From NCBI GenBank assembly GCA_963729625.1, contig CAVSOU010000011.1, forward strand, positions 736,001 through 800,000: DNA of 64,000 nucleotides, in the 5' to 3' direction. The notes beneath the pieces are model-generated. The model worked only from the letters and a program-made list of their open reading frames with translations. It was not told the origin of the DNA and did no database searches. This document shows positions 54,309 to 64,000 of the stretch, in pieces (position 1 is the stretch's first letter; the number at the start of each line of letters is the position of its first letter). This DNA is from an uncultured bacterium (GTDB taxonomy: Bacteria; Chloroflexota; UBA5177; JANWHV01). The position numbers and the translations under genes are program-made.

Positions 54309-55853
54309 CTACGCAACCTGCTGCACCGCCGGCCGCGCAGCTTGGGCGGCATGATTGCGCCGCAGGACGACGCCCATCACGGTCGCCACGACCGCCATCA
54401 CCACCGCCACCTTGAACGTATCCGAGAAAGACGCAGCCGCGGCTCTATAGGAAGCGTATTGCAGCTGATGGTTCATAGCGGCTCTCGCGCTCGCCGAAAG
54501 ATGCTTGAGATTGTGGTACTGCGCCATCACCGACGCCTGGGCGTTGGCGATGTCTGTATTTCTGCGCGACACCAGAATCGTCGCCAGGCAGGCCACGGTT
54601 ATCGAATTGACAACCTGCGACAGGGCGTTGGTGAGCGACGTCACCCGGCTCACCAGACTGCGCGGCGCGGCATTGATCAGGTGCGTGTTCAGCGGCATCA
54701 TGATCAGGCCCATGCCCACTCCGTAGAGGGCCAGAGGCAGGATCAGGCCGGGTCCGGTGGTGGAGAGGTTGACTCCGGTGAGAATGAACGCGCCGACGGC
54801 GAGGATCGCGCCGCCGCTCAACACGAGTGGGCGCGCCCCCAGCCTATCGAATAGCGCACCGCCGATGGGCATCGCCAGGCCCGCCCCGATTGCTTGCGGC
54901 AGGAGGCTGAGGCCGGTGTCGAATGCGCCGTACCCGCGCACTCCCTGCAAGAAGAGCGGCACCAGGAGGAGGGCCCCGAACATGGCAAACTGCGCGATCC
55001 ATTGCACGGGGATGCCCAGGCTGAAGTCAAGTGACTTGAAGACGCGCAGCTCAAGCAGAGGAGACTCGACCCGCAGCTCAACCACGATGAATAGCGCCAG
55101 CGCGACAACACCCACCACGATACCGCCAATCGTGTTGCCTGAAGTCCAGCTCGTGCTTCCCTCGCTGATGCCATAACACAGGGCGGCAAACGCCAGCGGC
55201 GCCAGGATAAAGCCCGGAATGTCGAGCGCGGCCACGGCCTGCCGGTCGATCTTGGGCAGGCTACGGATGCCGAAGACCACGCCGATGATGCCGATGGGAA
55301 GATTGAGCAGGAAGATCCAGCGCCACGTGTGGTACTGCACAAGCCATCCCGCCAGCACGGGGCCGATGGCGGGAGCGAAAAGAATCGGCACGCCCATCAT
55401 GCCCATCAGAATGCCGACCTTGTCGGGCGGGCTAAGGCGATAGGTGTACGCCATGGCAATCGGGATGACGCAGCCGCCTCCAAGACCCTGCAGGACGCGG
55501 AAAGCGATCAGCGTGTTGGCAGTCGGAGCGGTCGCACAGAGAACCGAGCCAACGGTGAATAGGGCCACGGAAATCAGGAAGATGGACTTGGCGCCAAAGC
55601 GGTCTGACAACCAACCGGCAAGCGGAATGACCGCGGCCTGTGCCAGCGCGTAGCCGGTGACGGTCCACTGAATGGTCGTGAGCGGCGTCTTGAAATCGAC
55701 GACGAGCTTCTGCAGCGCGACGTTCACCGCCGTACCGTCGAGCACGACCATAAAGATGCCGACGATTATCGTGATCAGTGGCACGAGCACCGAGCTGATT
55801 GCGAACGGAGTCTCTTGGGCCTCGGAGTACTCCCCACTAACTGCGACTGCCAC
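54309..55853 (-). CDS. DHA2 (EmrB/QacA) MFS drug-resistance transporter
   Basis: VLDGTAVNVAL, GWLSDRFG, RVLQGLGGG, APAIGPVLAG, WRWIFLLNLPIG. Confidence 0.93.
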   Translation of the reverse strand: MAVAVSGEYSEAQETPFAISSVLVPLITIIVGIFMVVLDGTAVNVALQKLVVDFKTPLTTIQWTVTGYALAQAAVIPLAGWLSDRFGAKSIFLISVALFTVGSVLCATAPTANTLIAFRVLQGLGGGCVIPIAMAYTYRLSPPDKVGILMGMMGVPILFAPAIGPVLAGWLVQYHTWRWIFLLNLPIGIIGVVFGIRSLPKIDRQAVAALDIPGFILAPLAFAALCYGISEGSTSWTSGNTIGGIVVGVVALALFIVVELRVESPLLELRVFKSLDFSLGIPVQWIAQFAMFGALLLVPLFLQGVRGYGAFDTGLSLLPQAIGAGLAMPIGGALFDRLGARPLVLSGGAILAVGAFILTGVNLSTTGPGLILPLALYGVGMGLIMMPLNTHLINAAPRSLVSRVTSLTNALSQVVNSITVACLATILVSRRNTDIANAQASVMAQYHNLKHLSASARAAMNHQLQYASYRAAAASFSDTFKVAVVMAVVATVMGVVLRRNHAAQAARPAVQQVA

Positions 55854-56045
55854 AGTGGATAACCCTTCTGCTTCGCGGACACGGTTTGTATACAAATCGC
55901 GGGGTACGCGCCCACGCGAGGACACGGCGTCCTGAGCCGGCGTGCCCGAACGGGCGATCACCGGCGATCAGCGCCTTGAGAAATTATATGCATATCGACA
56001 TATTCTGCGCAAACGCATGTAAAGCACTAGACATGTGTCCGCTTG

Positions 56046-56400
56046 ATGAAGAATCTGGATGGAAAGGTCGCCCTGGTTACCGGCGGCGGACGCGGCATCG
56101 GGCGGGCAACAGCCCCGGAGCAGGCACGATGTGGTGCCGATGTGGCCGTCGTGGTTCGGAACTCCGGTGAGATTTCCACGGTTGCCGCCGCCGTGGAGGA
56201 GCTTGGACGTCGGGCGCATGCCCAAGTCGCCGACCTTTCCGGTAGCACAGCCGCGGCGGCGGCGGTGCCGGCGGTGGCGCGGGCATTGGAGCCGATCGGC
56301 ATTCTGGTCAACAACGCGGGGTTGTCGGGCCATTCGGGCTGACCTGGGAACTCGACCCGACCGAGTGGGAAAAGGAAATGGGCGCAGAGCGAGATCGCCC
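56046..56400 (+). pseudogene. Truncated SDR oxidoreductase
   Basis: GKVALVTGGGRGIG...LVNNAG, then a stop at 56342; no YxxxK. Confidence 0.8.
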
Positions 56401-56613
56401 ATGATGGGTACGACGTGCGGCCGCTGAAGCTGGACGTCAATCCACGGGCTGCAACGCGCTTGGCTCAGCGACCAAGCTAACCAGCAGGGCATCGCCGAAC
56501 GTGTACACTTGCACGAAGCGCTTGCGGCCGTCGATCAACGTACCCCCATCGAAGCCGCGGTCGCCACAGGCTTCGGACCTTTTGATGGCTAGCTCACTTG
56601 TCGAGCAACGATC

Positions 56614-57222
56614 GTGCAATTCATCAGCGGGTTGATCCTTGGGCTCACGATGATCCTGCCGATCGGCCCTCAGAACATGTTCGTCCTCAACAGCAGCATC
56701 TTGTACGGCGCTCGCTATGGTCTGGTGGCCGCGCTGATCGCCGGGACGTGCGATAGTGCCCTCATCCTCGCCGGTGCAGCGGGACTGTCCACCTTGACCG
56801 GCAGTATCCATTGGTTGCACCTGGCTCTCGTATATGCTGGTGTCGTCTTCCTCCTCTATTTGGGCATCACATCTCTCAGGATGGACGTGCCCGATGGCGC
56901 GGTGCCGGCCTCAGGCGGCATAGCTGCACCGGTGCCACGGAAACATGTCGTGAGTGGGGTCGGTGTATCGTGGGGCAATCCGCACGCCGTCATCGACACG
57001 GTGGTCATCCTCGGGGCGGCTATCGCGGCGCAACAAACCGCCGGGCGCTGGCTCTTTACTGCGGGCGCCGTGGCGGCTTCCTGGTTGTTCTTCGGTTGCC
57101 TGGTACTGGCAGGTCTGACCCTAAGACGCGCGCTTCCGCCCGGCGCTCATCGATGGATCCGGCGAGTTTCAGGTGTCATCATGGTACTCTTCGCTGTCCT
57201 CCTCGTGCGCAACTCCCTCTGA
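56614..57222 (+). CDS. LysE/ArgO family exporter
   Basis: ILPIGPQNMFVL, CDSALI, WGNPHAVIDT, SWLFF. Confidence 0.9.
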   Translation: MQFISGLILGLTMILPIGPQNMFVLNSSILYGARYGLVAALIAGTCDSALILAGAAGLSTLTGSIHWLHLALVYAGVVFLLYLGITSLRMDVPDGAVPASGGIAAPVPRKHVVSGVGVSWGNPHAVIDTVVILGAAIAAQQTAGRWLFTAGAVAASWLFFGCLVLAGLTLRRALPPGAHRWIRRVSGVIMVLFAVLLVRNSL

Positions 57223-57483
57223 CGGGTAGCATTCAGAGGGCCGGGCGCCACCTCCAACACTGTACACTTGCCACCGGGAGCGGCGAGCGGGCCCAAGTAG
57301 CCCACTCGTTCTGTCTGTACAACTAGTGGGGCCTCGCCCCAGCCCGCCGAGGCATGTGTCTGGAGTCGGCAGCCCCTGGTTGCTGGCACAGACGAGGTAG
57401 CATAGAGCCACTCGTAAATATGAACCGTCAAGCGGTTAGGTGCCGTAAGGCAACGTGCTCCACAGCCAGGGGCCAGTGATAAA

Positions 57484-57613
57484 GACACCCAATCAGTCGG
57501 AGCTATCCTGCGGGACCATGTGACATTGGTGGTGGAAAGTCTCGACCGTGTGTACCTGAACGTCCATGTGTCTCAACTGCAATACGAGGGACGAGTCCTC
57601 CCCACCCGCTAAC
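57484..57613 (+). pseudogene. N-terminal stub of a putative mobile-element protein
   Basis: QSVGAILRDHVTLVVESLDRVYLNVHVSQLQYEG* resembles, from memory, the N-terminus of a widespread ~500-aa uncharacterised mobile-element-associated family. Confidence 0.4.
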
Positions 57614-57861
57614 ATCCGACACACCCAACAGGCAACCAACCGCCACGCCGCACAACCGCAGCCGTTCGGCAGCCGAGTCCGAACGAGCACTCCGGACCGC
57701 CCGGGCAGTGGCATAGAGCAGCGCGGATCCCGCCCAGTTTATTTCCGCGCGTGATGCCCGATCATCGTACTTTTTCTGCGCTTGGACCGAGCATCATTCT
57801 ACGCTGAGCGCGACAGAAGAGCCGGGACCGTGCTCATTCTATTCCACGGGAGAAGTGGTGA

Positions 57862-58065
57862 TCACATCACGCCTCCGCCTGCCAACGATGGTGGTGGGAC
57901 GGGCACCGGCACCGCGTAGGTATGGCTGGTCGTCCCCGACGGCGCCGGCGAGAACGTGAACGGCGTGATGCCAGTGGGCGGCGAACCGTTACTGACCTGG
58001 ATGGTGAAATCGAAGGACCCGGCAGCGGTGGGACTGCCGCTGAGCACGCCGGCCACCGGATCGCG
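57862..58065 (-). pseudogene. Putative Ig (He_PIG-like) domain fragment
   Basis: DPVAGVLSGSPTAAGSFDFTIQVSNG. Confidence 0.5.
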
Positions 58066-58141
58066 CAACAGCCCTCGGTAGGAGCGAAGAGTTATCACCT
58101 CTAGCCCACTTCGATGGCGCGGTGCCGGCGACGCTGGCTGC

Positions 58142-58987
58142 TCAGTTGGTGGTGCGGCGGCGGTAGAGCATGGAGGCCAGGGGCACGCTGACCACGAGGA
58201 TACCGATGGGCCAGGCGATCGCGGTCCAAACTGGGTGCTGCATGGACCAAGCCGAGCTCATTGCCGAGGGGTTCGGATTGCCCCAAAGATCCCGGCAGGC
58301 GCTGGTCACAGCGCTGACCGGATTCCAGTCGGCGATCGTGCGCAGCCAGCCCGGCATGCCTCGGGTCGGAACCATCGCGTTGGAGATGAACGAGAGCGGA
58401 AAGAGGACCAGGAAGCCAAAGCTCTGGGCTGTTTCCGCGCCCTTGGCCCAGAGGCCAACGCAAGCGGCGAGCCAGGAGAGAGCGTACGCGAAGAGCAGGG
58501 CGACCGCGACGCCGGCGACGAGATGCGCGGCGCCAGTCTCCGGGCGCCAGCCGACGAGAAGCCCGCTGCAGGCGACGATCAGCGTGCAGAGGGAGGCTGT
58601 CAGGATATCGGTGAGCGAGCGGCCGACGAGCACAGCTGCCGGCCACATGGGCATGGTGCGGAAGCGGTCGACGATTCCGGTGCTGAGGTCGACGGTCAGG
58701 CCAACCGCGGTACCCATGCTCGACGTCGTGAGGTTGAGGAGCAGCAGGCCCGCGATGGCAAAGCTCGCGTACGTACCGCCGGGCACGGAGATGCCGGAAC
58801 CGAAGACGTAGACGAACAGCAGGGTGAAGAGCACCGGCTGGATGGTCACGTCGGAGAGCTGCATCGGTTCCCGAGAAATGTGGATCAGGTTGCGCTTCGT
58901 GACGACGAAAACGTCATGCAGCGCCCCGGCCACGCGTGCCGGTACGGACGGTTGTTCGGCCAGGACTATCGGGTGTGCGTGGTTCAT
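58142..58987 (-). CDS. ABC-2 type permease (DrrB-like)
   Basis: IQPVLFTLLFVYVFG, GIVDRFRTMPM, SNAMVPT..MPGWL...WNPVSAV. Confidence 0.92.
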   Translation of the reverse strand: MNHAHPIVLAEQPSVPARVAGALHDVFVVTKRNLIHISREPMQLSDVTIQPVLFTLLFVYVFGSGISVPGGTYASFAIAGLLLLNLTTSSMGTAVGLTVDLSTGIVDRFRTMPMWPAAVLVGRSLTDILTASLCTLIVACSGLLVGWRPETGAAHLVAGVAVALLFAYALSWLAACVGLWAKGAETAQSFGFLVLFPLSFISNAMVPTRGMPGWLRTIADWNPVSAVTSACRDLWGNPNPSAMSSAWSMQHPVWTAIAWPIGILVVSVPLASMLYRRRTTN

Positions 58988-59967
58988 CAGGCTACTTCCT
59001 CGGCCGCCAGCTTCTCGGCCTCTTCATCATCTGCCGGCGCCACGCCGGTCAGCCTCAGGAACACGTCGTCGAGCGAAGGCTGGTGGACTGCCACATCCTC
59101 CAGGTCGATACCGACTTCGTCGAGCACCCGTACCACGCGCGCCACGAGGCCCACCGCGTTGCGCACCGGCGCCCCCAGGTGCCGCCCGTCCTCATCGGCC
59201 CGGAAAGGGCCGTCGACGAGCGGGCGCAGCGCGTCCAGCGCAGCGGAATTGGGGGAGCTCAGCGTCACCTCGAGCCGTGCCCCGCCGGTCACACGCTTCA
59301 GCTCCGTCGACGTGCCCTCGGCAACGACGCGGCCATGATCGATGACGACAATGCGGTCGGCAAGCTGGTCCGCCTCGTCCAGGTATTGCGTCGTCAGGAG
59401 CACGGTGACTCCATCCTTGACGAGATCGCGGATCACCGACCAGACCCGGAAGCGGCTCGTGGGGTCGAGTCCGGTCGTCGGCTCGTCCAGGAACAGTACC
59501 GGGGGGCGGGTCATCAGGCTCGCCGCGAGGTCGAGGCGACGCCGCATGCCGCCCGAATACCCCTTCAGAACCCGGCCGGCGGCATCGGTCAGCTCGAAGG
59601 TGCCCAGCAACTCCTCGGCTCGCGCCCGCGCGTCCCGTCCCCGCATCCGGCTCAGCTCGCCGACCATGCGCAGGTTCTCCCGCCCGGTCAGCCTCTCGTC
59701 GAGCGTAGCGGCTTGCGCCGTGACGCCGATGTTGCGACGCACCGCCGCGGGATCGCGGACCACGTCGAACCCGGCGACGCGGGCGTGCCCGCTGTCCGGT
59801 AGCGTGAGCGTGGTCAGGATGCGCACGGCCGTCGTCTTGCCCGCCCCATTCGGGCCGAGCACACCAAGGACGGAGCCGGTGCGCACCGCCAGATCGACGC
59901 CAGCCAGGGCCTGTGTCGATCCGAACCGTTTCGTCAGGCCCTCGGCCTCCAGCATGTTCTCTCTCAT
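58987..59967 (-). CDS. DrrA-family ABC ATP-binding protein
   Basis: GPNGAGKTT, YSGGMRRRLDLA, TTQYLDEAD, PSLDDVFL. Confidence 0.94.
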   Translation of the reverse strand: MRENMLEAEGLTKRFGSTQALAGVDLAVRTGSVLGVLGPNGAGKTTAVRILTTLTLPDSGHARVAGFDVVRDPAAVRRNIGVTAQAATLDERLTGRENLRMVGELSRMRGRDARARAEELLGTFELTDAAGRVLKGYSGGMRRRLDLAASLMTRPPVLFLDEPTTGLDPTSRFRVWSVIRDLVKDGVTVLLTTQYLDEADQLADRIVVIDHGRVVAEGTSTELKRVTGGARLEVTLSSPNSAALDALRPLVDGPFRADEDGRHLGAPVRNAVGLVARVVRVLDEVGIDLEDVAVHQPSLDDVFLRLTGVAPADDEEAEKLAAEEVA

Positions 59968-60009
59968 CGGTACCTCTTCTTCGTCGACGACCGCCAGGCT
60001 ATTCGTAGA

Positions 60010-60072
60010 TTACCGTCCGGTAAGTAAGTGACACTGTCAAGCATACGTTGCCTACTTACCTGCTGTCAAGTA
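60010..60072. promoter_or_regulatory. Two candidate TetR operators in the divergent drrA-tetR spacer
   Basis: TTACC-GTCC-GGTAA (60010-60023) and TACTT-N10-AAGTA (60053-60072). Confidence 0.6.
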
Positions 60073-60083
60073 AAATAGAATAC

Positions 60084-60743
60084 ATGGCACGTCAAGCAGC
60101 TCACTCCATCGGGGCTGGAAGTCAGGTGGCATCACAGCCCGCCTCGCCCGCCGAAGCCGGGAGCACGCAGTCGACTCGCGAGCGGATCCTCGATATTGCC
60201 CTCGACCTCTTTGTACGCAAGGGCTACGCGGAGACCTCGCTGCGCGAGATCGCCGCGGAGCTGGGCTTCTCAAAAGCAGCGCTCTACTACCATTTCGAGA
60301 GCAAGCAGGACATCCTCCTTGCCCTGCACATGCGGCTGCATAGCCTCGCGGATGGCGTGCTGCCGCTGCTCGATGTGGATGCCATCGCCGGCGACACCTG
60401 GGAGCGACTGATCGACCGGCTGATCGGGTTTGCCCTGCGGAACCGGCGGCTGATCGAGCTGCATCTGCGCAACCGGGAAGCGACCGCGGACCTGCACCGC
60501 GACGTCGCGCTGCAGAACCACGGCGAGCTACACCACCGCGACGATGATCTGGAAAACCGCTTCCAGACCCTGCTCAGGGACCCTGCAGTGCCGACCGAGC
60601 GGCGCGTCCGCATGATGGCTTCCATGGGTGCGGTCGCGGGAACGCTGCTCGGGGCCAGCGCTTTCGCGGACGTGCCGGACGCCGAGCTCGAGTCCGCGCT
60701 CCGCAGCGTGGTGCACGACGTGCTCGGAGGCCGCGGCGGCTAG
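60084..60743 (+). CDS. TetR family regulator
   Basis: TRERILDIALDLF..KGYAETSLREIAAELGFSKAALYYHF. Confidence 0.93.
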   Translation: MARQAAHSIGAGSQVASQPASPAEAGSTQSTRERILDIALDLFVRKGYAETSLREIAAELGFSKAALYYHFESKQDILLALHMRLHSLADGVLPLLDVDAIAGDTWERLIDRLIGFALRNRRLIELHLRNREATADLHRDVALQNHGELHHRDDDLENRFQTLLRDPAVPTERRVRMMASMGAVAGTLLGASAFADVPDAELESALRSVVHDVLGGRGG

Positions 60744-61087
60744 AGTGGAAGCGTCAAATCTCAGAACAACAACTTGATCGTCGCTGCGTCCAAAGACAGA
60801 CCGATCTTCAGGCGACGGTCGTCGTGTGGTCGCTGTGCTACCATCGTTCGTGCCTTTGGTAGTACGTTTCCTGCTCCCAGTCAGACTGTATGATGCACGC
60901 CGAAGAGGTGTCGAGGTGCTTGCCAGGCGCCGCACGAGTCAGCTGCTGGGTCAGACCATGATCCAGCGGTGCGTCCCCGAACCTCCGGCAACGGCAAGCT
61001 GTGCAACGTCACCCTGAGGCGGCCTGTGGGCAGCGCCAGGCGCCGCCCAAGGAAGGCTCATTCTTTCAAGGGGACAGGTGTGAGATG

Positions 61088-62104
61088 TTATGCGGGATCT
61101 TCGCTGTGGCCATCCGGGTGGCGCGCAAAGCGGCCGGCAGCAGGCGGATGCACGGGATCATCAGTTGCCCACGGCCACCCGCCGAAACCCGAGCGCCGAT
61201 AATCGGTAAACGCCTGCTCGATACCGGCCCGGTCGTTCATGACAAAAGGCCCGTACTGGACGATCGGTTCCCCGATCGGTCTCCCCTGTAGCACGAGCGC
61301 CTCGGCACCTCGACCCCCTGCCGCTAGAGCGAGAGGCTCATTCGACTGCAGCACCACACCCAGCGGTGCCTGCACGACTCGCTCCCCGATGCGGAGAGAT
61401 CCTGCGAACACGTACATGGTCCGTATCGTGTCCGATTGGACTGCAGGCGGTAGCGTCCACCGCGCGGAAGGCTGCAAGACCATCTGCCAGATAGCGAGAT
61501 CCGCCTGCGGACGCGAGGCCCAGGAATCCGGTGGGGCCGCCAACGGCTGCAATCCCTCCAGCGCTCCCGCGACCACGGTCACCTCGGTCACTTGCCCGCT
61601 GTCGTCCGTGGTGACCAGGCGAGGTATCGCCTTGCTCCAAAGCATCGTGAAGTACGGCTCCACCATTTTGTCGGCGGCCGGCAAGTTCAGCCAGATCTGG
61701 AACAGCTCCAACGGGTTGGCGCCGGCGCGGTCGAGCAGCGGGAACATCTCGCTGTGCACGATGCCTCGGCCTGCCGTGAGCCATTGTGCATCACCGCTCC
61801 CGAACCGTGCCGTAGCACCGAGGGAATCGGAGTGATCGATGAACCCTTGGCGCACGAAGGTCACGGTCTCAAAGCCCCGATGGGGATGTTGCGGGAACCC
61901 CGGGATAGTGCTGCCATGGTACATGCTCCAGCCTTCGGCGCCGGAGAAGTCCATCCCGATGTCGCGCGCCGCCAGAGAGGCCGCCGGCCCCATGTGCTCG
62001 TTGGCGGCTGGGTACCGGTCGCGGTGGTGGACGCAGAACAAGAACGGGTCCAACGTTACCCACGGAACTCCAAGTGACAGTGTCTGGCGTACCGGATCGT
62101 TCAT
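61088..62104 (-). CDS. Pirin family protein
   Basis: DPFLFCVHH, PGFPQHPHRGFETVT, GIVHSEMFP, FQIWLNLP, YGPFVMN. Confidence 0.95.
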   Translation of the reverse strand: MNDPVRQTLSLGVPWVTLDPFLFCVHHRDRYPAANEHMGPAASLAARDIGMDFSGAEGWSMYHGSTIPGFPQHPHRGFETVTFVRQGFIDHSDSLGATARFGSGDAQWLTAGRGIVHSEMFPLLDRAGANPLELFQIWLNLPAADKMVEPYFTMLWSKAIPRLVTTDDSGQVTEVTVVAGALEGLQPLAAPPDSWASRPQADLAIWQMVLQPSARWTLPPAVQSDTIRTMYVFAGSLRIGERVVQAPLGVVLQSNEPLALAAGGRGAEALVLQGRPIGEPIVQYGPFVMNDRAGIEQAFTDYRRSGFGGWPWATDDPVHPPAAGRFARHPDGHSEDPA

Positions 62105-62428
62105 GTGCAGCTCCTTCAGTTCAGGGTCACCGCGCCCCGGCTCAATAGCGGACAGATTGGCCTGCATCAGCGATCAGCGCAAACGTGCCAGCGCTTGCGA
62201 GAAGCGCTCCAGGCTGTACTCAGTGTAGTCGTCATGCAGCAGCTCTGATAGCCTCGAGTGCGGTAAGGACATTGTCTCAGAGTCGCTCGTGTCCGTCACG
62301 CCGCGTTGCGCGATCGTGTCCGCGATGCGGGAGCCGCATCATCTCAGGGACGACTGCGGTACACTGGGGCTACCAGCGGAGGCCGCCGCTGCAGACCCAC
62401 ACTGCCCAGCGTCAGGAGCCGCCACCAC

Positions 62429-63442
62429 ATGACCGACGACGATCTGCTGCCCGGCGCGCGCACCGCTGTCGTGCAATGCCTGGCCGTCACGCACGTGGAC
62501 CGCGTCTACATCATCGCCGACGACGCGACCCTGCCTATTGGTGAGGCGCTGCGCGCAGCAGCGGGCGAGCAGGGCGCCACTTGCCGGCTCACACGCCTCG
62601 AGGACCTGGGGCCGCGTCCACTGCTCCATCTCCCGGAAGCCCTGGTCGCGGACATGCGCGCTTTCGCGCCGACTGCCAGCTTCTTCGCTGCCCAGGGCCA
62701 GCCGGGCGAAATCGGTTTCCGCATTCCGCTCGGCCAATTCCTCCGCAGCCAATTGCAGGTGCGCCACGGCCACATGATTGGCATCACCCCGCAGCTGATG
62801 CGCACCGGCATGCGTGTCGACTATGAGCATGTCGCGGACCTGACTCTGCGTGTCAACGCGCTGGTGGAGCGCTGCCACACGATACGGGTGCAGAACGACG
62901 ATGGCACGAACGTCACCGCCACCTTCGATCCGGACCGGCTGCGCTGGGTGCCCTGCCCCGGCCTCTACCACCACCCGGGCGATTGGGGGAATCTCCCTGA
63001 GGGGGAGACCTTTACCTCGCCTGCCAGCCTGGAGGGCACGCTTACCGCGCGGCTGGTCGGCGACTACTTCAGCGACAAGTACGGGATGCTCGACATCCCG
63101 CTGGTGTTCCATGTGGAGCAGAGCCAGGTAGTCTCGGTGAACCATCCGGACCAGACCCTGGCCGGCGAGGTCTGGGACTATCTGCGCGCCTCGCCCAATG
63201 GGCGGCGCGCCGGCGAGTTCGCCATTGGCACCAATGACCTGCTGACGGAACTGACCGGCAATCTCCTGCAGGACGAGAAGTTCCCCGGCCTGCACGTGGC
63301 ATTCGGCAATCCGTACCCGGACCTCACGGGCGCCAACTGGTCCAGCGAGACCCATGTGGATGTGATCCCCCTGCGGACCAGCATCTGGGTGGATGGCCGC
63401 CGGATCATGGACCTGGGCCGCTTCACGCTGCCACCTGCCTGA
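62429..63442 (+). CDS. Aminopeptidase, M29 family
   Basis: GNLPEGE, AGEFAIGTN, QDEKFPGLHVAFG, THVD. Confidence 0.9.
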   Translation: MTDDDLLPGARTAVVQCLAVTHVDRVYIIADDATLPIGEALRAAAGEQGATCRLTRLEDLGPRPLLHLPEALVADMRAFAPTASFFAAQGQPGEIGFRIPLGQFLRSQLQVRHGHMIGITPQLMRTGMRVDYEHVADLTLRVNALVERCHTIRVQNDDGTNVTATFDPDRLRWVPCPGLYHHPGDWGNLPEGETFTSPASLEGTLTARLVGDYFSDKYGMLDIPLVFHVEQSQVVSVNHPDQTLAGEVWDYLRASPNGRRAGEFAIGTNDLLTELTGNLLQDEKFPGLHVAFGNPYPDLTGANWSSETHVDVIPLRTSIWVDGRRIMDLGRFTLPPA

Positions 63443-63697
63443 ACCACTGACGATGACCCTTGGGACGGCAGATCGCGGCTACGCTGCCCCGTCTGCCGCT
63501 CTGCGAGAGTGGGCGCCAGGGCCGCGGGTGACCCGCTCGGCGTCCATGGCACGTACCGGCAGCGCGCACCGCTGGGTTCGGAGCTGACGGCAGGATCAAG
63601 CCAAGATCCTCACGGCGCTGGCAAAGCCGGTGTTCAGCGAGGACTGAAGCGTGATATGCAGCAGCCCGACCTGTTAACTCAAGGTGCAGCTTTTTAG

Positions 63698-63726
63698 TTG
63701 ACTAGTCAATAGATGCGCAGTAAGAT
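63698..63726 (+). promoter_or_regulatory. Leaderless promoter with palindromic operator
   Basis: TTGACT-17bp-TAAGAT, 6 nt before GTG; perfect palindrome TTGACTAGTCAA over the -35. Confidence 0.7.
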
Positions 63727-63732
63727 ATTTGC

Positions 63733-64000
63733 GTGAAAGAGACACGACTGATCGACGACGAGCGTATCACCACCTTCGGTCGTCTGCTCGAGACTCACGC
63801 CCTCCTCGCCCGGCGGCTCGACGACGATCTGCAAAAGGCCGTGGGCATGCCGCTGCTGTGGTACGGAGTCCTCTTGCTCATCGGCCGGAGCCCGAATGGA
63901 CCGTTACCAATGCGCGAATTGCTCAGTGCCACCGCCTTCACGACCGGCGGGGTCACCAGGCTGGTTGATCGCATGGAACAGGCCGGGTATGTACGACGGC
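63733..64000 (+). CDS. MarR family regulator (runs off window)
   Basis: Manual translation MKETRLIDDERITTFGRLLETH...TTGGVTRLVDRMEQAGYVRR. Confidence 0.88.
   Translation, partial: MKETRLIDDERITTFGRLLETHALLARRLDDDLQKAVGMPLLWYGVLLLIGRSPNGPLPMRELLSATAFTTGGVTRLVDRMEQAGYVRR

Overview
High-GC bacterial chromosomal window; the GroEL sequence and gene repertoire look Chloroflexota-like (inference only). Left to right: groES-groEL with a CIRCE, small genes and remnants, furA/perR-katG, a NikMN-Q-O ECF nickel/cobalt transporter with a Nur-like Fur regulator, a secreted PKD protein, and a zinc-ribbon/Ser-Thr kinase/RDD protein. Next is a frameshifted HTH-TIR-nSTAND1-TM-WD40x14 NLR-like gene, divergent from a tandem array of Cys-containing secreted paralogues that carries extra copies of the TIR-coding DNA. 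A carbohydrate-utilisation island follows (Tat-exported Opp/Dpp ABC system, GH38, GH106-like, GH51, two URO-D/MtaA-fold proteins, a class V PLP enzyme). The right part holds TetR-MMPL, clpB with a HAIR-like operator, a PHP protein, a TPP riboswitch with thiZXY, MFS-MarR, LysE, DrrAB-TetR, pirin, an M29 aminopeptidase and a partial MarR. There are many gene remnants. Several single-base indels and one garbled stretch (~20340-21230) suggest consensus or assembly errors. No rRNA, tRNA, CRISPR array or intact mobile element was seen. The best candidate for an undescribed system is the NLR-like sensor plus the divergent secreted-protein array (14178-22575).
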